A DNA stretch of 64,000 nt from Epithemia pelagica. Its lineage: Eukaryota > Protista > Bacillariophyta. Shown piece after piece: positions 1 through 11,729 of the stretch. Position numbers and translations under genes: made by a program. The stretch covers positions 1,054,001 through 1,118,000 of the forward strand of contig OX337237.1 of assembly GCA_946965045.2 (NCBI GenBank), in the 5' to 3' direction. The notes under the pieces were generated by a model, which was not told the origin of the DNA, searched no databases, and was given only the letters and a program-made list of their open reading frames with translations. Every line of letters begins with the position of its first letter. The first letter of the stretch is position 1.

Positions 1-1243
1 AGTCACCCTTCCATGCCACAGGAGACTCTCCTGCTGGTTGTGAGGATGACGTATCCGACAGGAATGGTGCTGTCGCAAGGGGTGCTACGGCTGTGACTGT
101 GTTTTTGGTTGTGGGTGGCGATCGAGACCAGGTGGTGGTTACCGGCCCCGAGTAGTTGCCGGGTGCTTGTTCCGTTGGTGGTGGTGGAGGTGGATCGTTG
201 GGTGGTGGTGGTGGGATACGTGGATTTCCGGGGGTACGCATCGCTGTCGATTTTGTTTTGGCGGTTGCCGTCAAGCTGCCAGCCTTGGTCTTTTTCTTTT
301 TGGTTCCACTCGTCTTTTTGATAGATGTGTTGGTAGTGTTGCGCAATTGTTTCGTTCCAGAACCAGTAGTCGTCGTTGTGGAGGTGGCGTTTGTCGAAGT
401 GGCACCTGCCTTGTCCTTTTTCTTCTTTTTGCGTGTTTTCTTGTTAGAAGTATTGCTCGCCGTGCTACTATTGCTACCAACGGACGAATCATCGTTGGAG
501 GCTTGTGATTTTTTGGAGCCAGCTTTCTTGCTCTTTGTTGTTGGTATCGCAGAAGCTTGTTGTTGTTGTCTTTGCTGTTGCTGTTCTTCCTTTTCTTGTT
601 GGAATTGAGCGGCCGTTTCTGCCGCATAGTATTCGACAAAGGAAATGGCTTGCAATTGAAATTCCAATCGTTCCACCTGTCGATCACGATCTTCTTCGGT
701 CTCGCGCAATCGTTCACTCAAATGAGCAATGGTAGTTCGCAAAGTTTGAATGGTCATGTGATTGTTTTCCAATTCCAGTTGCAATTCTCGAATGGCTTGT
801 AACAATACGCTCGGAGGTGTCGAGGGACGCAAAATGCCACCGGCCGCCATGCGTTTGACACCACTCGTGGTGGTTGTGGTGGCAGCTGGTGGTGGAGGAG
901 GGCGTGGTGCTGGAGAAGGCCGCAGTGATTGTGAGGGGGGTTGCCGAACCGTAAAGTCCGATGTAGAACTCGTAAGCGAAACGGGTGCCGATGGTTCCGT
1001 CCGTGCATTTGATGGTGTCGAAGAAGATGAAGAGACAAAGGAGTTGTACAACAACCTTCGTGGAGCCGTGGTTTTTGTAGATGTTTCTGATGACATTGAA
1101 GAGGACAGAAGCGATCGACCAAATCTTGTCGAATTCGAGTTGTTGTTGTTGTTTCCTCGTGATAGGAACGGTCTGGAAGAAAACAAGGGCTCACGATTCG
1201 ACGAGAAATTGTTGCGTTCCGCTTCATGTGAAGAGGTATTCAT
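1..1243 (-). CDS. Low-complexity S/T/P-rich protein with a central coiled coil; 3' end runs off the window
   Basis: ATG at 1243 (MNTSSHEAERN...) is open to position 1 with no stop, so it is absent from the ORF track. Heptad-like segment LLQAIRELQLELENNHMTIQTLRTTIAHLSERLRETEEDRDRQVERLEFQLQ. The + strand ORFs here read as antisense shadows. Confidence 0.75.
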   Translation of the reverse strand, partial: MNTSSHEAERNNFSSNREPLFSSRPFLSRGNNNNNSNSTRFGRSLLSSSMSSETSTKTTAPRRLLYNSFVSSSSSTPSNARTEPSAPVSLTSSTSDFTVRQPPSQSLRPSPAPRPPPPPAATTTTTSGVKRMAAGGILRPSTPPSVLLQAIRELQLELENNHMTIQTLRTTIAHLSERLRETEEDRDRQVERLEFQLQAISFVEYYAAETAAQFQQEKEEQQQQRQQQQASAIPTTKSKKAGSKKSQASNDDSSVGSNSSTASNTSNKKTRKKKKKDKAGATSTNATSTTTTTGSGTKQLRNTTNTSIKKTSGTKKKKTKAGSLTATAKTKSTAMRTPGNPRIPPPPPNDPPPPPPTEQAPGNYSGPVTTTWSRSPPTTKNTVTAVAPLATAPFLSDTSSSQPAGESPVAWKGD

Positions 1244-3571
1244 TATGGGTGAAGTCACCGCCTGGGAATTCCAACACCGAAATCGAAACACTAACCACCG
1301 ATGTTTTTCTGGAAACAACGGAAGGCCAACACAACGACTCTGGTCCGATTCTTCTCTTTCACCTCTCTTTTCTGATCCAAGCAAAGTGTAAAAGAATGAG
1401 CGGGCGGATTGTTATCCGTGTATCATCCACTTCCAAAACCTCCGAAAGCCCACCCAAACAATTCTTGTTTGGATGAGAAGGAAGGTCCGACCAAAGAAAG
1501 AACTGTTGGTCCGATTTATTTTCGTTGGCTGCCTCTTTCGGCTACAAGAACAATGAATCTGTTCGAAGACAGTGAGAAAGGAATCTACAGCCACTCTTTA
1601 ACCTTGTATCATCCAAACAACCAGAGCTTCTTTATCAGGGTCTATATTGTCGATACACAGGAAAGAAGACGACGATCGATGTCCCATATTCTCTAGAGAG
1701 TAATGGTTAATCCCCATACATACAATGAAAGCGATGGCACTCTCCCTAGACGGAGGGAGGGGGCACATCCACTGAACGCCGCCCAACCATCAAATGAGAA
1801 AGCCGGGCGTGCCTGTATCATGGAAGGAATGGGGCCGACGGACGCGCGACGCATGTCTCTCGCGTCGCTCACGCCCCATAGACCAAAACAAGACCATCGT
1901 TGGCACGACCGCCGGGTGCCATTTTGGCCCCCGCTCATCGGACATAATTCTTATCGTCGAATGTCTAATTTTACTATTGATCATCTTATGATTCAAATTT
2001 TATGAGCCGCTTAGATTTTCAGTGACCCTTTTGGAAAGAGTCTTTTTTGTCGACCATTCCCCCAAAATTTGTGCTCCTTGCCACGAGCACATCGCCGGAT
2101 CTTTCGCAATTCACACGTTCAGTCGCTTCAAGATCGCATCAAAACTGATCTACCGAGTAAGCCCTCTAGCTAGGGCTACTACTCCTACCTAGAGCTAAGG
2201 TAACACTGTTAACTGTCAACTTCATGCAGTCATTGATTGAACTACAAACCTCAAAGCATCTGGATGAGGATTGGGATAATTAAAAATCTAAGGAGCTCCC
2301 TGCCAATTACACGTGATATATTTCTGCATTGAAGACTATGAGTCCAATAGTAATTACCGATCATGGTCTTTCCTTTTATCGTTCAACGATCAACGATTGT
2401 ACTATGATCTATAGCCAATGATCATAGTCTTACTCGTAGTCTTATTCGTACGAGATTAATTGTTCTTTTATAGTAGTACCCGAGAACTGGTAAGTGGTAA
2501 GATACATCGAGATATCTGGTACCGAGTAGCGAATACAGAATTCGCAATTCGGAATGCTACATGTCGTCGGCAGATGCATAGCTATTAGCTATAGGCCATA
2601 GAACAAACAATGACCAAGAGGGCGAGGATTGAATTGTCCTCCATGAAACAACTCCATGTCTCTTCTTATTGGATGAATCGTGGAGTACAGTACGTAACGA
2701 TCTTGAGAGTCGAAAAAAGATGGATGGACCACCTACCACCTCCCTCACCAAGATACCGATGGATGTCCGAATGTCCTGGCGACAACATACGACAGAAAAA
2801 GGACACGCACCAAGATACCGAAGGTAGTAGATCTTCTATAGCGAATAGAGGGTTCCTGATTGCCTTTGGTTAGGACTTTGGACTTCTCGTTTCTGTCATA
2901 GCGTTCTAACTTAGGACAAACTTCTTCGTGATTGCATGCATTCCAGGAATACATCTAGTGGGAACTTGAACCAGGAGATGACAAACCCGATAGTACAGGT
3001 TTTTCAGAGTGAAAGACTTGGCGGTAGACGGCATCTGGCCAAACGTTCCAGTGAATAATCCCCATACGAGTATGTCATCGACCTCGTAAACAAGGGATTG
3101 ACTACGTACTACTATGATCTACGATAGGACGTCGTTGATCACCATCCACAGCGGATCGTCTTGGTCGCGCCATTGCGATTTGCGATACCGCAGAATAAGC
3201 TTGATATGACGAGAGAATTAGAATGGGATTGCCCTCAATGACTCTGGTCCTCTGCATGCAACAATCCCAAGTTCTCGTTCTACTCCTAGGAGTTAAAGCG
3301 TATACTCCTACATTACTATGTGATCTCGCAGTAGCAAAGGTAGCAGAAGTACATTAACTTCACCGGTAAAGGTAAACAGGTTCACGTAGTGGTCATTTGG
3401 TCAAAGTGAGAATTTAGTTGTAACTAAGTATCCCATCTCATTTTCGATGCTCCATTCACCATCTCAATCCTTTGCCAACTGCCAGATCCCAATATCCTTG
3501 GGATAACGACCAAGGGCTCACAAAAAAGATCCTCATCAAACTGCAAAGGTCAGCCAACAAATTGCACAACC

Positions 3572-4828
3572 ATGAACTCTGACTCCCTGCCGCATACAAA
3601 GACGAAAGGTAATCTGAAACGTAACCCATCGTTTGAAGAAGAAATTCTCTCCACCCCAATTCGAACAGGAGGGCGTCGCGTTCCAGTTCGTGGATATTTC
3701 ACGAAGTCTCGATCTCTCAACAAGAAAATTACTGACGAAATGGAATCTCCAAGCTCTGTCTGCGCCATGCTTATTTCACCCTTGGTTACATCCGGTCCCT
3801 CCACTCCCAAGCGCACCAAGGCTCGCCGACACCCTGTTTCCCCAGTGACACCAAATGGAACTGACTGTGGTGATTCACACAAGATCATGGTCCGAAGAAT
3901 CGTTAACAGGACCAACAGCATCGACAGCGAGATTACTGTTCCAAGCTTATGTGGAAGTGAAACATCACAAAGCTGTGATAGTTGGATTCGCAACACACCA
4001 ACGAGCCGGACATCATCAGTAAGCACACCGACCTCACATCATCAACATGAAGGAGAAGAAATGCGTACGGACTGCCGCCGAGTCCTGGTGCCAAAATCAA
4101 TGCTGCGACACCTTGTTCTCTCGAGATCCGCTTCCAATATGAGCGTCGTTTCAACTTTGAGCACCAAGAAACGTGTCCGCTTTGTTGATTAAGACGGTTA
4201 CACGGAACATCAAGAACTTGATGACAGGTCTATGGCAAAACAACAACCTTCCTTGACCGAAGAGGAACAAAAGGCTGCTTTCTGGACATCGGATGAGATC
4301 AGCACGATGAGAAAGAAGGCGAGACGATTCGCGGCCAACTACGCATGGAAGAAAGATAAAAAGGTGGTAACATGCTTGAACTTGTTGTTCGATTCATGCC
4401 GTGCCAACAAGAAAGATGCGTCCGCATCGACAATCGAACATGGTTTCGAGTACTTGTACATGCGTGAGATTCCTGAAGACGAGTCTTCTGCCACTTTTAC
4501 AACCTTGCGTGGATTGGAAGGGCTTTTTGAGTCCGACGTCACTCATGATCGACGCATGGAGTGCATTCATGCTGTCCTTCGAAAACAAGCCAAGATGCAG
4601 CAGCTGAAAGTGCACGAAGAAGAAGACAAGAAGAACAGTTCCAAGCGTTCTGATAAACACAGCCAAGAAACCATCGAATATGTCCTGGCCAAGACGTCAG
4701 CAAAAGCAAGTTCTCCAGCCCGAAGATTTGCACGTTTCTTGGGCAAAGTGGACGAGGCACTCGTCTCTGCATCGGTGGACGGAAAAAAGAAGACCCGAAG
4801 GGCTACCATTGACGGCATGTCCTCGTGA
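3572..4828 (+). CDS. Diatom-type uncharacterised protein (KRVRF...W...RGLE family) interrupted by one in-frame TAA at 4190-4192
   Basis: ORFs 3572-4192 and 4232-4828 share one frame: KRVRFVD*DGYTEHQELDDRSMAKQ. Downstream FWTSDEISTMR and TLRGLE motifs resemble a common diatom orphan family. Confidence 0.65.
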
Positions 4829-5614
4829 TGATTCAATCCATTTTTACAAAAGCCTGTTAACTCTGGTAGCTGTCGCCTCCTTTCATAACATGAAAGGTTT
4901 TCCTACAGGCATCACGGACCCAACCATCGTCAATCGCCATTGTCGTTGGACAGTGGTCGTGACGGCTCAAAAGCTACCCTTACATTTTTCGATTTGCATT
5001 CAATCTAAGCTAGTCCTACTACTCCTACCAATTTCAATGTTCCTCTATCTCAACCTCGCAACCTTAGCTCTCTTTCAATAGATCTTGTTCACCTATCACA
5101 TCCCCAACGAGACCATGGATGTTCTTCATAATCAAATTGAGGAAATAGCTTCATTTTGAATAATATAAGAATTGAGAGACACGGTGGATACCCTAGGAAA
5201 AGCAACGCCATGACTTAGCTTTCTGTGATACAGTTGAACGTTGAACATATCTTGAGTTTAATTTTTAATTTTCTTTGAAATGCAAAGGTATGGGGAATAC
5301 TGAAGACTCATGCAAGACAGGGATGAGGGAGAAACCATGGTGTTCGTTTTAGCAGGAGTCGCAAGCGACGGACGGCAAACTGCGAGAGCTAGAGATTGAG
5401 GAAGCATGCGGAGACCATAGTGTACATAGATGAATAGAAGATAGGGTAGCTGTTGAGGTTCATTGCCAACCGCACGATTGTGCTCTCGCGGCCGTGGTGT
5501 GGTCGCGTGGCGCTCTTTCTTGTCCACCTTACTAAACCGTGTCCAAGCTCCGACACCGTTGTTGCGTTCGTTGTTGTCGTTGTTGTCTCTTGACAGATCC
5601 ATCCCAAGTAAAAG

Positions 5615-6592
5615 ATGCCCGAGGTAGGTTTTTAATGAGTTGATTGGTCTGATATGAGTTCCTGGATTAACCACTAGGGAAAGGACTGAAGTTTTTGGTT
5701 TGCTGCTGGTTGGAGGTTGTCTACGCAACTCTACAAATGCAAGACAACCTTTTCGCAACGGACCGGATGAACTGTTTTTTCAGTGATCTTAGCCTTTATG
5801 ACTTCTTCTTCTTGTCTGGTCATGGCTGGTCTTTGGTTCTAATTTCGCCTGGTCGTGTCAACTTTCGCCATACTTGGTTCCTCTGTGTTTTTTATCTGTT
5901 CCGGTGTCTTATCTTGACAAAATTGTGTGCGTGCTTCGTATCCATAGATTGAAGAAATTGCCGACGTTCCTGAATTGGAAGAAGCTGATGATGATATCCC
6001 GGAACTTGAAGAGCAAGCTGAGGGATCTGGGGTAGCAGCTGATGGGTCCGTAGACCCTGCCGCCATGGCCGCGGCCATGGCAGGTGCCGCCGAAGATTCC
6101 AAACAAAACCGTAACGAAAAGAAATCGCGCAAGGCCATGCAAAAATTGGGTATGCGCCCTGTCGGGGGAGTGCTGCGAGTTACGGTGAAAAAGTCGAAAA
6201 ATGTGCTTTTCGTCATTCACAAACCAGATGTCTTCAAGAGCCCTAACGCGGACACCTATGTCGTCTTTGGAGAAGCCAAGAGTGAAGATTCCAGTGCTAT
6301 GAGCCAAGCTGCCGCGGCCAAGCAATTTCAGCAACAAGCACAGGCTATGCCTGCCGCGGCTGCTCCAGCTATGCCTGCAGCAGCGGAAGGTGAAGAAGGT
6401 GGTATCCCGGCAATGGATGGAGGAGAAGCGGCTGGTGGTGAAGGTGGAGAAGCTGTCGATGAAACTGGATTGGAGTCGAAAGATATTGAATTGGTTATGT
6501 CACAGGCTGGATGTTCAAGATCCGCTGCGGTCAGCGCACTGAAGGAGAATGATGGTGACCTGGTCAACTCCATTATGAGCTTGACGAAATAA
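5615..6592 (+). CDS. NACA: Nascent polypeptide-associated complex alpha subunit (exon 1 5615-5623, intron 5624-5947, exon 2 5948-6592)
   Basis: NAC domain ([52 protein letters not shown]) and C-terminal UBA-like domain ([35 protein letters not shown]). ATGCCCGAG|gtaggt...ccatag|ATTGAA splices in frame to give [15 protein letters not shown]. Confidence 0.92.
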
Positions 6593-7332
6593 TTGGAGCC
6601 ATTTAGCTATGGTCTGGTTGGGACTCAAAGTCAATCCATTTTTCATTTAACAAAAACAGTCTTCTTGCTAGACATATTTCTCTCATATCTCATATGGTTC
6701 TACGTTCTGGGAAAGGTACAAGAAGGTGTAAGTTCTTTGTGTTTTGTCTTTGCACAGTGGGCCACGTTCAATGCTGGATCACGATGTAAGTATTGACTAT
6801 CACCATACTACATAAGCAAATGAAGATTTGGAATGGTGGGACTTCTAGCTCCGGTGGGCATTACGCGTTCACCAAGGGTGAGTGATGTATGGAATATGGA
6901 CGACGATTCTCCATCCTAGGAGTAAGGTTAACTCTTGCCACTTGTCTGTCACAGTTTCCCCATGGCATTGGCCTTGGCACATCTACCGTAGCCCTGCCGA
7001 AGGATTATCGCCTATGATTCGCTTATCGCTTGATGGATCGTAGGTAGGAGCAGGAGAAGGATCAATGAAGATGTGACGCACTCTAAAAGTCTACAGTATG
7101 AGGTACACTAGAAAAAGCATTTTTAGAGATCCTGATCAAGAACATCGTTGTCTCACAAAATCAGAAATCATGGAACTGATCCAAGACCGGCTTTTGATTC
7201 CAACAAGATTCCGAACGAACGTCATCTTTTGCGCTGTCGTTGGTGCAAATGTGAGGGAGTGAGGACTTCTGGTTTGTGGTGGAGTTCATATCGCTGCTAT
7301 TGCACAAGTGGAGAGCTCAATCAAAGTATACA

Positions 7333-7996
7333 ATGACAAAGATCGCAATCGTCTACTACTCTTTGTATGGCCATGTTGCCACCATGGCTCATGCTGTGAA
7401 GAAGGGCGTCGAAGCTGCAGGTGCTGCTTGCGATGTATTCCAAGTTCCTGAGACTCTGTCCGATGAAATCTTGGGTAAAATGCACGCTCCTCCCAAGAAG
7501 GACGATCCAATCATGGAAACAGCAAAAATGGCAGAATATGATGGATTCATCTTTGGTCTTTCAGGTCGATTTGGTTCGGTACCAGCGCAAATGAAGGTGA
7601 GTTGTCAATACAAGTTCAAACCGAGACCACCAGATTTTTCTAACTGTGTTGAAGTCGTTCATGGATGCCACCGGAGGTCTTTGGATGAAAGGTGGCTTGG
7701 TTGGAAAGACAGCAGGAACCTTTGTCTCAGTTGGTACTCAAGGAGGTGGACAAGAAACTGTGAATCTCTCCGTCATTCCATTCTTTGCCCACCAAGGAAT
7801 GGTTTTTGTTCCCCTTGGTTACACGGAACCAAAAGTGTTCAACTACGACGAAGTTCATGGAGCTTCTGCTTATGGATGTGGTACCTATGCCGGTCCCGAC
7901 GGATCACGTACCCCTTCGGACCTGGAAAAGGAAATCGCAGAATCACATGGAAAACATTTTGCCTCCATCACAGCCAAGCTTGCTTCTTCTTCCTAG
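7333..7996 (+). CDS. wrbA: Flavodoxin-like NAD(P)H:quinone oxidoreductase, WrbA/FQR1 family (intron 7597-7654)
   Basis: KIAIVYYSLYGHV, YDGFIFGLSGRFGSVPAQMK|SFMDATGGLW, GTQGGGQET and VHGASAYGCGT motifs. The intron is gtgagt...ctaac...gaag. Confidence 0.95.
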
Positions 7997-8330
7997 ACTG
8001 GTCTTTGATTGAGTACAAAAGCCGGTAAAACTGCTTTTTTAGTAAGTATCAGTTCAGTAGTTTTATGAAGGATCAATAGACGCCCCATTCTTTTCTTTTG
8101 CTTCTCATGTGCAAACGAAACTGCATCTTCCACAAGGATTCTAAACGATATTTCTAGCGCTACATTTGGAAAAAGTCAAGTGTATTGCGGCAGCGTGCGC
8201 AATCTTCTTCCATGGTCGGTCCACTCATTTGCACTGGTTTCACCAAGATGATCCGATCGAACATCTGGGAAAGAGAAGACAACGATCCACAATTTTGAGA
8301 AGGATTATCATACGATGGTCTCCAGTCTCT

Positions 8331-9547
8331 TTAGGTCCCAGTTGATGATATTGATGGTTGTAGATTGACCATTACAAAACCGCCACAACCGTCAAGGCAC
8401 CCAACAGCGAGGCGGTCGAGAGGACATGAGGGGTTTGCAAAATGAGCAAATCGGTCAAAAATCCTATGGGTACAATCAGCCCCAATCCCACACTCACAAC
8501 AGTGGCATCGCCAGTCAACACAATTGCTCGGAAACAAAAGTACTGGGACAAGAAACAGTCCAAAAAGCCTCGGAGCAAGAACAAAGCAAAATAATAGAGT
8601 ATGGTGGAGGCCGTCACTGCCGAAGCTCCTGTCCACGTCAACTGAATCATGTTGGGTATAGTCCAGAGTGCCACAGGGAGCAAGGCTACCTGTACGGTCA
8701 AGCCCACACACCCCAGCAAAAGATCAGCGGAATAGAGGGATTCGTCTCGTGGACATTCGATGCGTACTTGCAAGGCGTAGGAAGCATAGGCCAAACCCGA
8801 CAAGAGAGCATATATATCTCCTTGCAAACTTTCTTGAGGCTCCGAGGTTGGTTCATTGCTTTCCGAAGACGAATAATCGTGATAGGCGGTCAAGGTCGTC
8901 CCCAACAAGGCGAGCAAACAACCAGCTAGTTTCCAACAGGTGAATCGTTCGACTCGCACCAGTACAGCCAAGACGAAGCAAAAGACACCATTGGTACTGG
9001 TCAAGACAGAAGCAGAGGCCAAGGATGTTTTCTGCAGTGCAATGAGAAAACACCAATTGGCCGCAAACCAACAAGGTTCAACTTTGGCACCAACAACCAA
9101 ATGTTGGAAAAAGTTCCAAGGAAGAGGGCTTTGCTGCGACGGCTGTTGAGATAGTTCATCAGTTTGATGTTCCAATTCGGTCAATTCACAGTTTTGATGG
9201 CTGGTTGTAGATGACAGCGAGGAATAATTTGTTTTCGTGGTATAAAGCAATGATCCAGCGTGTTTGTCGTGATGGACACCATGTTTGATAGTATGGTCCT
9301 TGTTGTCCCCGTTGCGTGCTTGTTCGCCGACCGATGATGGAAGCCATTGGAAACCACAGAAATGAAGTGGTACAAAAAATAAGAAGCTGGTTGCCCCAAG
9401 GAAGGCAAAGACAAAGGGAGAGTCTAGTTCATCGGGAATCGAATCGTAGATGAATTGGACAAAAACGGAACAGGTATTCCATAACACAACGGCGAGCACC
9501 AGGAAACAGAGACCAAGCCTGTATGGCGATATGGCGAATCCATTCAT
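8331..9547 (-). CDS. EamA/DMT-superfamily transporter, SLC35F5-like; apparent 1-nt frameshift near 8380
   Basis: About 10 hydrophobic helices; WFAANWCFLIALQKTSLASASVLTSTNGVFCFVLA and GDIYALLSGLAYASYALQVR. ATG at 9547. The C-terminus continues as GFVMVNL...* at 8331 if one G is restored. Confidence 0.85.
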
Positions 9548-9960
9548 AATGCGGCTGATTGCACCTGTATTACGTTGGGCCAAACCGATTCAGAGAACGA
9601 AAGAAACGTTTGAGGTTCAACCTCGTCGTAATGTTCTCCTGTTACGTCTAGACCAAAGGGAACATTATCATCGTGAAACACGGATGTACTCCTACAAAGA
9701 TTCCGTTTGAGGAAAGAGACAGAGGCCAGCTTCAGCTTCCGGTTCGTGCGAGAACTGTAGGCGGTTCAGTACGAAATGTAGGAAAGTATAGCATGAAAGA
9801 GTAGTCGGCATGACTATCTCTTCCCTCAAAAACTCGTCTCACATCGACGATAGCCTTTATCTCACAATTTCATCCTTCCAGTTTCTACCGGTAGGAGTAT
9901 TGAACAGGAACCAGAGTGATCGAAACCCAGCCGTCGATATGTCAAGCCACAAGAAAGGGA

Positions 9961-10494
9961 ATGCACAATGTTAATACCAGGGACAGTGGTGAGCCAAGTA
10001 GTCTACCGATTGCGCAATTCTTCTTGAAGCGTGGACAAGAAGGTCGTATCCTAGTTTACACAGACCGTCTGGAAGTCGTACCTGAAGGGCCCAAGGGTCC
10101 CAAAGCCCGTGCCTATCATTTTGACGAGTTCCCGAACCAAGGCGCTTGTTGCTTCCGTCATGTAAAGCAAGAAATCTATGCATTGGAGGATGGATACCGC
10201 TGGTATTGCGGTGGAGGATACTTTCATTCAAGTTTCCACGACTCGGATTGCTGCTATGGTAACGTCGTGGAAGTGAACCAATGTGGGAGCCTGGGTTGTT
10301 TGGGTGCTCGCATGTGTTCGGTTCCTCTCTGGTACCGTGTGGACGATCCGTACGGATTAATGTTAGTGTGGGAAACCGCACTCAAAGCATACTTTCGTGA
10401 ACAAGGAAGAGACGAGAACTCCTTGTCCATTTCCTTCCATTATCCTGGAAAAGTTCGGCAGCAAGTCATGGAACGTATGGGCGCACAGGGCTAA
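9961..10494 (+). CDS. Hypothetical protein, Cys/aromatic-rich
   Basis: Open frame of about 177 aa with globular-like composition. No family recognised. Confidence 0.6.
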   Translation: MHNVNTRDSGEPSSLPIAQFFLKRGQEGRILVYTDRLEVVPEGPKGPKARAYHFDEFPNQGACCFRHVKQEIYALEDGYRWYCGGGYFHSSFHDSDCCYGNVVEVNQCGSLGCLGARMCSVPLWYRVDDPYGLMLVWETALKAYFREQGRDENSLSISFHYPGKVRQQVMERMGAQG

Positions 10495-10807
10495 CAGCAA
10501 GATGTGAACGACCCTAGGTAATGCATGTAGTTGCTTGAATCTGGCATAGAGGTGAAGTGTTTCTTTGAAAGCTGTAGGAAGATCGTTCTTTCAGAAAGTG
10601 TATTGATACAAAGAATGCTCGTGATGCTTCGGATCATGTGCAGAATAATAACTTGACAGTGTATTCGTATCGCTCGAATGCAAAGAAAAGTGTTTTAAAT
10701 CGCCCAGAATGCAAACCTTAGACTTTGAAAACAATGATTACTGCGAGAAAACTTCTCCAACAGAAGCATCCCATTTCCGGAAGGATGGATCATCAGCGTT
10801 ACGTATG

Positions 10808-11272
10808 CTACCCTTGCTTGGCCCGTTGTGGAGATGGTTTCTTGGTCTTTTGTTGTTGCTTCTTGTCCACTGTAAAAATGCCTGGTTCATTGGCATTGAC
10901 AAGTGCTCCCAACAAGGCGAGTGCGACCCATCCGCAGGCAATCATAAAGTTGGCTTGCAATCCCAGTTCGTAGGCATCCCAGGCCACAGCGGCCCAACAA
11001 ACCACTTCGGACCAAATCAAAATGCCTCGAAAATGAGACGATTCTCCTCCGATGGCTCCCATGATACAGAAAAGAAGCATGGCAGCATTGTAACCACGCA
11101 CATGTCCCAACATGTGCCATTGTCGTGGATTTTCTTGCGAGGGGACCGATTCTTCTGTACTGGAAGCCAAACCTGTCATTTCCGTCCACCGCGTCAGGTC
11201 CATGGAAGCATAAATACACATGATATGCAAAACACCAAACATGGGAATGAGAGCGTGCTTGAGGAGACCCAT
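10808..11272 (-). CDS. Small multi-pass membrane protein of unknown function
   Basis: From ATG 11272 (MGLLKHALIPMFGVLH...): about 4 hydrophobic segments and a basic C-terminal tail (KKQQQKTKK). Confidence 0.65.
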   Translation of the reverse strand: MGLLKHALIPMFGVLHIMCIYASMDLTRWTEMTGLASSTEESVPSQENPRQWHMLGHVRGYNAAMLLFCIMGAIGGESSHFRGILIWSEVVCWAAVAWDAYELGLQANFMIACGWVALALLGALVNANEPGIFTVDKKQQQKTKKPSPQRAKQG

Positions 11273-11729
11273 TGTTACCGATTCAAGAGTACCGACAACA
11301 CCAGCGGTCAACGATGCCCGCAAAGATTCATCAGGGATCACGGAGGGATCTTTTTGGGGTGTTCTGTGTTCTATTGTGTGGAGAGATCTTTTGTGGATCT
11401 TCGAACTCTGTTTGGAGCCATCATCATCCAAACCCGAACCCCGAGTCGCAGTCCATTCAGGTGTCCATCCATTGTCGAGGGTAAGACACACCTGAGCGGT
11501 AAAGTTCATTACCATCAATAAACAATATTCTATACGTTTCTAATTGAACTCTGAGTTGTAGAAGGAGACATGTCATGCGACCTTCAAAGAACGTGCGTGT
11601 GTCACGTGTCGCAACCAAGGACATGATTGACCTTGACATACATTGGTGGCTGCTTCTTCCACCACCACACTTCCCATTTCGCCCGTCAACAAAACAACAG
11701 AAAACCATTGACGCAACCAAAGTGGAGGA

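Noticed and set aside
109-1476. + strand ORFs such as 762-1391 and 156-608
   Set aside because: Antisense shadows of the minus-strand gene running off the window.
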